From Anaerolineae bacterium (GTDB lineage: Bacteria > Chloroflexota > Anaerolineae > S140-20): DNA of 64,000 nucleotides. Positions 56,872 through 64,000 of this stretch are shown here, one piece after another; position 1 is the stretch's first letter; every line of letters begins with the position of its first letter. The position numbers and the translations under genes were made by a program. The notes under the pieces are model-generated. The model was not told where the DNA came from and ran no database searches. It saw only the letters and a program-made list of their open reading frames with translations. The DNA lies in NCBI GenBank assembly GCA_027021705.1, contig JALUTT010000152.1, positions 1 to 64,000 on the forward strand, written 5' to 3'.

Positions 56872-57132
56872 TCACGATTTCGTGAAAATCGCAACCAAAA
56901 ACGCGAGCATTACGGCACCCAATCCTCCTGCCAGCACCTGCAGGGGGCCGATGCGCCCCAGGGAGACCGCCATCGCCTGTCCCAAGAAGTGCCCCAGGGC
57001 GAAGCCGACCCACGCCGCGACGGTGCGGTAGAGCAGGAGGCGACCTCCCCCCCGGCGGAGCAGGTGGATGACCGCCGCCAGGAGGGTGGAGAGCACAAAA
57101 GCCAGAACCAGAGATGGAGGCAGTGGAAGCAT
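56872..57132 (-). CDS. Small hypothetical membrane protein
   Basis: Three hydrophobic segments; operonic spacing. Confidence 0.55.
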   Translation of the reverse strand: MLPLPPSLVLAFVLSTLLAAVIHLLRRGGGRLLLYRTVAAWVGFALGHFLGQAMAVSLGRIGPLQVLAGGLGAVMLAFLVAIFTKS

Positions 57133-57146
57133 AGCTCCGCCGGGAT

Positions 57147-58253
57147 TCAGCGCGTGATGATGCCACCCCCCAGCACCTCATCGTCCTGGTAGAAGACGAT
57201 GCTCTGGCCGGGTGTGACGCCCCGCTGGGGCTCGTCGAACCGGACCTCCACGTCGCCGTCCGGGAGCGGGATGACGGTGACCGGCGTCTCGGGGGCCCGG
57301 TAGCGGATCTGGGCCTGGGCCCGAAAGGGAGCCTCGGGGGCCTGACCGCGGATCCAGTGGACCTGGGTCGCCCGGCAGGTGCGTCGCCGGAGCGCCTCGG
57401 CCGGCCCCACGATGAGGGCGTTCTCCGCCGGGTCCAGGGCCACGACGTAGAGGGGCTGTGGGGCCTCGCCGGGCCGGCCCGGTCGGGCGGTGAGGCCGAG
57501 CCCCTTCCGCTGCCCGACGGTGTAGAAGGGCAGCCCCCGGTGTTCCCCCAGCACCCGGCCGGCCAGGTCACGGATGGGGCCGGGGCGGATCGTCTCCGGG
57601 GCCTGGCGCTGGAGGAAGCGGCGGTAGTCCTCGTCGGCGACGAAGCAGAGGTCCTGACTCTCCGCCCGCTCGGCCACAGGCAGCCCCATCTCGCGGGCCA
57701 TCTGGCGCACCCGGGCTTTGGTGTAGCTCCCCACCGGGAAGAGGGTGTGGGCCAGCGCGTGCTGGTCCAGCCGGTAGAGGGCGTAGGACTGGTCCTTGGG
57801 CCGGTCCACGCCCCGCAGCAGGCGGTAGGTGCCGCCCTCGTGGCGGATGCGGGCGTAGTGGCCGGTGGCCAGGTAGTCGGCCCCCAGGGCCAGGGCTCGG
57901 TTCAGGAGCCAGCCGAAGCGGATCCGCTGGTTGCAGAGGATGCAGGGATTGGGCGTGCGGCCGGCCGCGTACTCGGCGATGAAGTAGGCGACCACCTCCC
58001 GACGGAAGCGCTCGGCGACGTTGACCAGGTGGAAGGGGATCTCCAGGATGTCGGCCACCCGCTGGGCGACGTACTGGGCGTCCAGCGTGCAGCAACGGTT
58101 GGCCGGCCCCTGTCCGTTGTCGGCCTCGCTCCAGAGGCGGAGCATCATCCCGATGACCTGATGCCCCTGCCGGACCAGGAGGGCCGCGGCCACCGAACTG
58201 TCTACGCCGCCGCTCATGGCGACGACGATCCGTCGTCGCTCCTGAGAGGTCAC
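57147..58253 (-). CDS. mnmA: tRNA 2-thiouridylase MnmA
   Basis: AMSGGVDSSVAA, TPNPC..CN, ATGHYA, KDQSY, ESQDLCF, TPGQ. Confidence 0.95.
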   Translation of the reverse strand: MTSQERRRIVVAMSGGVDSSVAAALLVRQGHQVIGMMLRLWSEADNGQGPANRCCTLDAQYVAQRVADILEIPFHLVNVAERFRREVVAYFIAEYAAGRTPNPCILCNQRIRFGWLLNRALALGADYLATGHYARIRHEGGTYRLLRGVDRPKDQSYALYRLDQHALAHTLFPVGSYTKARVRQMAREMGLPVAERAESQDLCFVADEDYRRFLQRQAPETIRPGPIRDLAGRVLGEHRGLPFYTVGQRKGLGLTARPGRPGEAPQPLYVVALDPAENALIVGPAEALRRRTCRATQVHWIRGQAPEAPFRAQAQIRYRAPETPVTVIPLPDGDVEVRFDEPQRGVTPGQSIVFYQDDEVLGGGIITR

Positions 58254-58255
58254 CT

Positions 58256-59446
58256 TCAGCTTCCCCCCGGTGCCCCGATGGGGCTCATCTCCCGCAGCCG
58301 TTCGACCAGGGGGGGCAGGACCTCCAGCACGGCGTCCACATCCTCCTCCCGGTTCTGGTGGCCGAAGGTGAAGCGGAGTCCGCCGACGCCCCACTCGTAG
58401 GGGAGCCCCATCGCCTGCAGGACGGAGGAGGGCTCAGGATCGCCCGTTGTGCAGGCGGAGCCGGTGCTGGCAGCGATCCCCTCCAGGTCCAGTCCCAGCA
58501 GCAGGGCTTCCCCATCCACACCCCGGATGGCGAAGCTGGCGTTGTGGGGCAGCCGCTGGGTGGGGTGGCCGGTCAACTGGATGTCAGGGATGCGCTCCAG
58601 CAGCCCTTCGATGAGCCGGTCGCGCAGGCGGCGCAGCCGGGCGTTCTCCTCCTCCCGGTTGGTCCGGGTGAGGCGCAGGGCGGTGGCCAGGCCGACGATG
58701 CCGGCGACGTTGACGGTGCCGGGCCGGTGCCCCCGCTCGTGGCCGCCGCCGGTCAGGGCCGGGACCAGCTTGGTCCCCCGCCGGACGTAGAGGACGCCGA
58801 CGCCCTTGGGGCCGTAGAATTTGTGGGCAGAGAGGGCCAGCAGGTCCACGTTCAGGGCCTGCACGTCCAGGTCGAGGGTGCCGCCGGCCTGCACCGCGTC
58901 GGTGTGGAAGGGGATCTGGTGCTCGCGGGCGATGCGACCGATCTCGGCGATGGGCTGGATGGTGCCGACCTCGTTGTTGGCGTACATCACGCTGATGAGG
59001 ATGGTCTCCTTGCGCAGGGCGGCCCGCACGTCGTCGGGGTCCACCATCCCGTAGCGGTCCACGGGCAGAAAGGTGACCTCGAAGCCGAAGAGGTCCCGGA
59101 GCTGCTCGGCGGTGTGGCTGACGGCGTGGTGTTCGATGGCGGTGGTGATGATGTGGTGGCCCCGGCCGGCCTTGCGGGCGGCCCAGGCGATCCCCCGCAG
59201 GGCCAGGTTGTCCGACTCGGTGCCGCAACTGGTGAAGACGATCTCGGTGGGGTGGCAGTTCAGCTCGGCGGCCACTTGGGCGCGGGCCTCCTCCAGGGCA
59301 CGGGCGGCCTGCCGGCCGAATTCGTGCAGGGAGGCGCTGTTCCCGTAGATCTCGTTCCAGTAGGGGGCCATCGCTTCGACCACCCGGGGGTCCACCGGTG
59401 TCGTCGCCGCGTGGTCCAGGTAGATCCGTCGTCGGGTCTTCATCAC
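58256..59446 (-). CDS. iscS: Cysteine desulfurase (IscS/NifS type)
   Basis: YLDHAATTP, NNEVG, HTDAVQ, SAHKFYGPKG, GSACT. Confidence 0.92.
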   Translation of the reverse strand: MMKTRRRIYLDHAATTPVDPRVVEAMAPYWNEIYGNSASLHEFGRQAARALEEARAQVAAELNCHPTEIVFTSCGTESDNLALRGIAWAARKAGRGHHIITTAIEHHAVSHTAEQLRDLFGFEVTFLPVDRYGMVDPDDVRAALRKETILISVMYANNEVGTIQPIAEIGRIAREHQIPFHTDAVQAGGTLDLDVQALNVDLLALSAHKFYGPKGVGVLYVRRGTKLVPALTGGGHERGHRPGTVNVAGIVGLATALRLTRTNREEENARLRRLRDRLIEGLLERIPDIQLTGHPTQRLPHNASFAIRGVDGEALLLGLDLEGIAASTGSACTTGDPEPSSVLQAMGLPYEWGVGGLRFTFGHQNREEDVDAVLEVLPPLVERLREMSPIGAPGGS

Positions 59447-59832
59447 GGCTCGTCCTGCTCCTTTGTTTGGAGTTTCTGCCGGGCGAATGCCAGAAACTCC
59501 CGCACGGCTTTCTCCGGCTGCTTGCTAAGATGGCTTTCCGTCACGTGGTCCTCACGGCCGTTGTGAAAGTGATGCGGAAAGGTGCTGACAGACTCCCATC
59601 GCTTATGGGGGGCATTATCGTGGCGGTAGATCGTGCCATCAATGGCTTGTCGTTCCCAGTGATAACTGTATCGTCCAAGCAGTTTCAACGAGAACCAGAT
59701 GTCTATGAAGCTACCATCTACGAGGATGATGCGGAGCTCGTTGACATCAGGTGTGAAGGTTTCCACAACGATGTCGGCGAACTCTAGTTCAGCGATCTCC
59801 CGGAGTCTTTCAATGTCTACTAGGTTCATCAA
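59443..59832 (-). CDS. DUF6516/TumE-like putative toxin
   Basis: YSYHW, RHDNAPH, STFPHHFH. Confidence 0.7.
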   Translation of the reverse strand: MMNLVDIERLREIAELEFADIVVETFTPDVNELRIILVDGSFIDIWFSLKLLGRYSYHWERQAIDGTIYRHDNAPHKRWESVSTFPHHFHNGREDHVTESHLSKQPEKAVREFLAFARQKLQTKEQDEP

Positions 59833-60118
59833 AGGCCTCGAGGAGTTTGAGAAGGCGATCTCGCTTGTACTCTAAGTGGTCTAGGCGTTGCAGGTCTCGC
59901 CAGCTATCGGCTTCCTCGAGAGTGCCATTCCGATAACGGGCTTCCATATCTTCGACGCTTGAAACTCCGTAACGGCCAATGATCTGAAATATCTCAGCCC
60001 TGACTTGCCGAAGTTGGTGCTCCAAGAGAGTTCGCAACCCCTGTCTTAGCGCGTCCTCTTCGGAGATATGGAGCTCTTGGGCTACGGCCTTTAGCATCGT
60101 CTGGGTTTTGGGCGTCAT
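59810..60118 (-). CDS. Putative antitoxin partner
   Basis: RYGVSSVEDM...W.D..LDHLE; overlaps the toxin; lower GC. Confidence 0.6.
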   Translation of the reverse strand: MTPKTQTMLKAVAQELHISEEDALRQGLRTLLEHQLRQVRAEIFQIIGRYGVSSVEDMEARYRNGTLEEADSWRDLQRLDHLEYKRDRLLKLLEAFDEPSRH

Positions 60119-60210
60119 AAGACGTTCCTCGCTAGTTCAAGGAGCTTTTCCTTCGTGGTCCTGGAGTATTCTAGCATGGAGGGCGGAGGGCGTCAACGGA
60201 CGGCAGCACC

Positions 60211-60693
60211 TCACGAAGCGCTGGCCATCTCCCGCAGGGCCTGAAGGGCCAGGCGGACGCTGTCGTCCGGGCGCACCCGCACCCGCCGGTCCACGATGCG
60301 CCCCTCCTCGTCAATGACGAAGTGGCTGCGCAGCACGCCCATATAGGTCCGCCCGAAGCTCTTCTTCTCCCCCCACACGCCGTACTTCTCGGCGATGGCG
60401 TGATCCTCGTCCACCAGCAGGTGGAAGGGGAGGTCGTGCTTTGCCCTGAACTTCTGGTGGCTTGCCTGTCCGTCGGGGCTGACACCCAGGACGACGGCGT
60501 TGAGGGCCGTCAGCTCGTCGTAGTGGTCTCGAAAGCCCACCGCCTGCCGGGTGCAGCCGGGGGTGTTGTCCTTGGGGTAGAAGTAGAGGACGACGCGCTT
60601 GCCTCGGAAATCGCTCAGCCGCACGGTCTCGCCCGTGTCGGTGAGCGCCTCGAAGTCCGGGGCCAGATCGCCGATCTCGGGTTGGGTGGTCAT
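60211..60693 (-). CDS. bcp: Peroxiredoxin Bcp
   Basis: VVLYFYPKDNTPGCT, GVSPD, R..FVID. Confidence 0.9.
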   Translation of the reverse strand: MTTQPEIGDLAPDFEALTDTGETVRLSDFRGKRVVLYFYPKDNTPGCTRQAVGFRDHYDELTALNAVVLGVSPDGQASHQKFRAKHDLPFHLLVDEDHAIAEKYGVWGEKKSFGRTYMGVLRSHFVIDEEGRIVDRRVRVRPDDSVRLALQALREMASAS

Positions 60694-60749
60694 CGCTCCC
60701 TCCTGTGGTCAGGTCTCTCCGGTACGGATGGGTCCGGGGGATGAGGGGC

Positions 60750-61595
60750 TTATGCCCGCAGGCTGCGCAGGACCCGCAGGTTCTCGATGTCCTCGTGCAG
60801 GTCGGCGCTCTTGGGCGTCTCCAGCAGGCCCGGCAGCTCGGCCAGCCGCTCGTCGTTCAGCAGGAGCCGGAAAGCCTCCAGCCCCAGCTTCCCCTGGCCG
60901 ATGTGAGCGTGGCGGTCCTTGCGGGAGCCCAGGTCTCCCTTGCTGTCGTTCAGGTGGACGACTTTCAGCCGCTCCAGGCCGATGATGGCGTCGAAGGCGT
61001 CCATCGTCTCCCGGTAGCCTTCGGGGGTGCGGATCTCGTAGCCGGCGGCGAAGACGTGGCAGGTGTCGTAGCAGACGCCCAACCGCTCCCCCTGGGGCGT
61101 GTTCTCCAACAGCCAGGCCAGGTGCTCGAAGCGGTAGCCCAGGTTCGTCCCCTGGCCGGCCGTCGTCTCCAGGAGGATTTGGGTCTTGTAGCCGGGCGTC
61201 TGCTCGTGGACCCAGCCCAGGGCTTCGGCCACCCGGGCCAGCCCTGCCTCCTCGCCGCTTCCCGTGTGGGAGCCGGGGTGGAGCACCAGGTAGGGCACCC
61301 CCAGCACCTCGCTGCGCTGGACTTCGTCCAGCAGGGCCTCCCGGGATTTCAGCCACAGCTCCTCCTGGGGCGTTCCCAGGTTGATCAGGTAGGCGGCGTG
61401 GGCGACCACCGGGTAGATGTCGCCCCGGGCGGCCTCTTCGTGGAAGCGCTCGACTTCCTTGGCCGTGTAGGGTTTGCCCTTCCACTGGCGGCTGCTCTTG
61501 AGGAAGATCTGAATGGCGTCGCAGCCGGCCTTCCGGCCCAGGGCAAAGGCGCGGTAGACGCCGCCGGCGATGGACATGTGGGCACCAAGGCGCAT
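60750..61595 (-). CDS. nfo: Endonuclease IV
   Basis: LGAHMSIAGG, HAAYLINL, LETTAGQG, DTCH, HLNDSK, DRH, LETP. Confidence 0.95.
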   Translation of the reverse strand: MRLGAHMSIAGGVYRAFALGRKAGCDAIQIFLKSSRQWKGKPYTAKEVERFHEEAARGDIYPVVAHAAYLINLGTPQEELWLKSREALLDEVQRSEVLGVPYLVLHPGSHTGSGEEAGLARVAEALGWVHEQTPGYKTQILLETTAGQGTNLGYRFEHLAWLLENTPQGERLGVCYDTCHVFAAGYEIRTPEGYRETMDAFDAIIGLERLKVVHLNDSKGDLGSRKDRHAHIGQGKLGLEAFRLLLNDERLAELPGLLETPKSADLHEDIENLRVLRSLRA

Positions 61596-61642
61596 AGAAA
61601 CCTCCCGGCGTGTTACGTGTTGCGTGCTGCGGATGGAGCAGG

Positions 61643-62476
61643 TCAGGGGAGGGCGGGGCGGGCCTCCCGCTCCACCAATCGGCGGTAGCGAGCCAGCAGT
61701 TCCTGCGTCACCGGGCCCGGCTTCCCCTCCCCGATGGGGGTGTCGTCAATGCGCACCACGGGCATCACCTCGCGGGAGGAGCTGGTGATGAAGGCTTCGT
61801 CGAGGGTGTCCAGTTCCTCCCGGCGGATGGGGCGCAGGCGCACCGGCAGGAGGGGCCGGGCCAGTTCCAGGACGATGGCCCGGGTGATCCCCTCCAGGAC
61901 CTGGGCGCCGGCCGTGTAGAGCACCCCCTCCCGGAGGGCGAAAAAGTTGCTGGTGAGCCCCTCCAGGAGCTCCCCCGCCGGCCCCACCCTCAGCGCTTCG
62001 TGGATGCCCGGGGGCAGTTGCTCGTAGACCCGGCGGGAGGGGGCGATGAAGGCGGTCGTCTTGGCGCGGGGGTGCTGGCGCTGCAGGGGCACGGTGGTGC
62101 AGGCCACCCCCTCTTCGTATAGCGATGATGGGTATGGCGCGAAAGGTTCGATCGCCACGTAGAGCTGATGGGGCCGGGCGAAGGTCCAGATCAGCCGCAG
62201 GCGGGATTCGGGGAAGCCGGCCCGTGCCACCGCTGCCGCCAATGCCCGCCGGGCCTCCTGGCGATCCAGCGGACCGTTGTAGCCCAGCAGCCGGGCCGAA
62301 CGTTCCAGGCGGTCCAGGTGGGCCTCCAGCCGCAGGAAGCGGTCACCCCCATACGTCCGCATCGTGGTGTAGGCCCCCTGGGGGAGGGCCAGCGTGGCCT
62401 CCCGGAGGGTGCGGGCGGAGGTCGGCAGTTCTACCAGGCCCTGCGGGTCCGCCCGAAACAGGCGCACTTTCGTCAT
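61643..62476 (-). CDS. Aminotransferase class IV
   Basis: YTTMRTY, HLDRL, EGLTSNFF, LEGITR, EAFITSS. Confidence 0.85.
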   Translation of the reverse strand: MTKVRLFRADPQGLVELPTSARTLREATLALPQGAYTTMRTYGGDRFLRLEAHLDRLERSARLLGYNGPLDRQEARRALAAAVARAGFPESRLRLIWTFARPHQLYVAIEPFAPYPSSLYEEGVACTTVPLQRQHPRAKTTAFIAPSRRVYEQLPPGIHEALRVGPAGELLEGLTSNFFALREGVLYTAGAQVLEGITRAIVLELARPLLPVRLRPIRREELDTLDEAFITSSSREVMPVVRIDDTPIGEGKPGPVTQELLARYRRLVEREARPALP

Positions 62477-62613
62477 CGTCACCTCGTTGTGGTCCCAGGC
62501 ACTGCCTGCAAGTATAACACGGAACTCCCCGACTGCCAACGGGAGATTGCCGTTTTTGTAGATACGGAGTATAATTATCCGCCAACCGCCCACGTGATTG
62601 AGGAAAGGGAACG

Positions 62614-63057
62614 ATGATCCTGGAGATACCGACCGAGATTCTGGAGCAGATCCACGCCCACGGCGAGCAAGCCTACCCCGAGGAGGGGGCCGGCCTCCTG
62701 CTGGGGAGGGAGGAGGACGACCGCCGACAGGTGGTGGCCATCCTGACCCTGCCCAACGCCCGCGAGGCCTCCGCTCGCCACCATCGCTACCTGATCACCC
62801 CGGAGGACATGCTGCGGGGCGAGCAGGAGGCGATCCGTCGGGGGCTGGACGTGATCGGTGTGTTTCACTCCCATCCCGATCACCCCAGCCGGCCCTCCGA
62901 CTTCGACCGTACCTGGGCGTTGCCCTGGTTCTCCTACGTCATCACCAGCGTGCAGCAAGGGCGAGCCGTGGAAAGCCGCTCCTGGCGGCTGTCGGATGAC
63001 CGGGCGCGGTTTCTGGAGGAGCAGATCGTGGTGCGCGGGGCGGGGGGTGGGGAGTAA
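62614..63057 (+). CDS. JAB/MPN (M67) metalloprotease, Mec-like
   Basis: YPEEGAG; FHSHPDHPSRPSDFD. Confidence 0.88.
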   Translation: MILEIPTEILEQIHAHGEQAYPEEGAGLLLGREEDDRRQVVAILTLPNAREASARHHRYLITPEDMLRGEQEAIRRGLDVIGVFHSHPDHPSRPSDFDRTWALPWFSYVITSVQQGRAVESRSWRLSDDRARFLEEQIVVRGAGGGE

Positions 63058-63136
63058 GGGGCAAGTTGCAAGTTGCAAGGGGCAAGAAGCAAGAACAAGG
63101 AGTTAGGTGCAATCGCCTTGAAGGGAGCCTTTAGAA

Positions 63137-63655
63137 ATGTTTACTAAAACATCACCTCACAAGTATAAAATTCTTTACACTCTGCTTTTGACAATGCTCT
63201 CCTCTGTTGTGCTGCTTAGTGCGTGTGGTCCACGAGAAATAGAACTGCCTTTTGAAACCATTGAGCGATCCAACTATAGCCCGCGATATGAGAAGAAAAA
63301 ACCAGGGTTGATGATCATCGCCACCGAAGACGAGATAAACCAATTAATTGGCTTTGTCACCCCTAAAGCAATAAGCCGGTTGCAGGAGATTGATTATAAC
63401 AAGTACTTTGTTGTGGTTGCTTTCCTGGGTTGGTATCGCAAAGTCCATGAGGGCATTCGCGTCGAACAAGTTATTTGCCGGAACAATTCAATCTCTATCT
63501 ATGCGCAGGTGGGAGAGCTTACGGGTAAAGATGCCATATCTTCTCCTTACCAGGTAATTAAAGTGCAAAAAGTGGGACGATGGGGTGCGGAGATTGATTT
63601 CGCTTTGGTGATTGATAGAAACACGGTAGCATCACAGTCACACTATATTCCCTAA
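63137..63655 (+). CDS. Lipoprotein (PrcB C-terminal-like)
   Basis: LLSAC lipobox; IDYNKYFVVVAFLG; SSPYQVIKV; low GC. Confidence 0.55.
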   Translation: MFTKTSPHKYKILYTLLLTMLSSVVLLSACGPREIELPFETIERSNYSPRYEKKKPGLMIIATEDEINQLIGFVTPKAISRLQEIDYNKYFVVVAFLGWYRKVHEGIRVEQVICRNNSISIYAQVGELTGKDAISSPYQVIKVQKVGRWGAEIDFALVIDRNTVASQSHYIP

Positions 63656-63696
63656 TGCCACACCAAATATCTCAGTATTCTGTAGGGAAGAAAAGG

Positions 63697-64000
63697 ATGA
63701 ACAGACGAATCGCATCTAATATCTTAACAGCTCTTTTTGTCCTCGGCCTTGCGGTTTTTGCTTTCTTCAACCGCCCATCTGCCCGGACGCAAGTCCTCTC
63801 GGCCTCTTTTGACTCGCCGCTAACGATTCCTGAGACGTTCGATTCACCTTTACCTACCCCTACTCCTTCTCCCACACTCTTACGAGGGCCATCAGAGGCG
63901 GCTCAGAAAGCCTTGCATTATATTGCTCAACGTGGAGGTATCTCACCTCAAGAGTTGGTCGTTGTCACTGACCATCCAGCAGTATATCCAAATCTGGGGC
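63697..64000 (+). CDS. Secreted hypothetical protein (runs off the window)
   Basis: Open frame MNRRIASNILTALFVLGLAVF..FDSPLPTPTP to the window end. Confidence 0.55.
   Translation, partial: MNRRIASNILTALFVLGLAVFAFFNRPSARTQVLSASFDSPLTIPETFDSPLPTPTPSPTLLRGPSEAAQKALHYIAQRGGISPQELVVVTDHPAVYPNLG

Noticed and set aside
58256..59446. IscS as a dedicated selenium-delivery partner of the Sec protein
   Set aside because: Its adjacency to mnmA is fully explained by tRNA thiolation
60211..60693. Bcp lacking the resolving Cys (CTRQAV)
   Set aside because: 1-Cys BCP variants are common; no in-frame TGA

Overview
High-GC bacterial chromosomal window. It is probably a monoderm Chloroflexota (Anaerolineae-like); this is inferred from a Tad locus with no secretin, C-terminal 'xLPxxLR' tails on secreted proteins and a DUF5667-type anti-sigma. 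In order, it contains: the valS 3' end, an NDUFA9-like SDR, an HNH nuclease and hpf/raiA-comF; a complete Tad/Flp pilus locus with very large TadE/TadG adhesins; a SAM-I riboswitch with metB; an A2-type caa3 cytochrome c oxidase cassette with assembly factors; MFS transporters; a three-gene split glutamate synthase; an ECF sigma/anti-sigma pair; a BNR-repeat secreted protein; a mercury-resistance region; several small TA-like modules; and mnmA-iscS, bcp, nfo, a class IV aminotransferase and a JAB protease. The strongest candidate for a new system is the mer region (51356-55494). merA sits behind a 17-bp-spacer promoter carrying a CsoR-type G/C-tract operator. A MerT-like transporter runs in frame through a TGA into a MerP/HMA domain (GMT-U-SG-C, a probable selenocysteine), and a CsoR-family repressor follows. 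No merR is visible. The cluster is interrupted by a fused MNT-HEPN gene and two copies of a 155-bp MITE-like repeat that recurs five times in the window. All family assignments come from reading motifs by eye; no database search was run.
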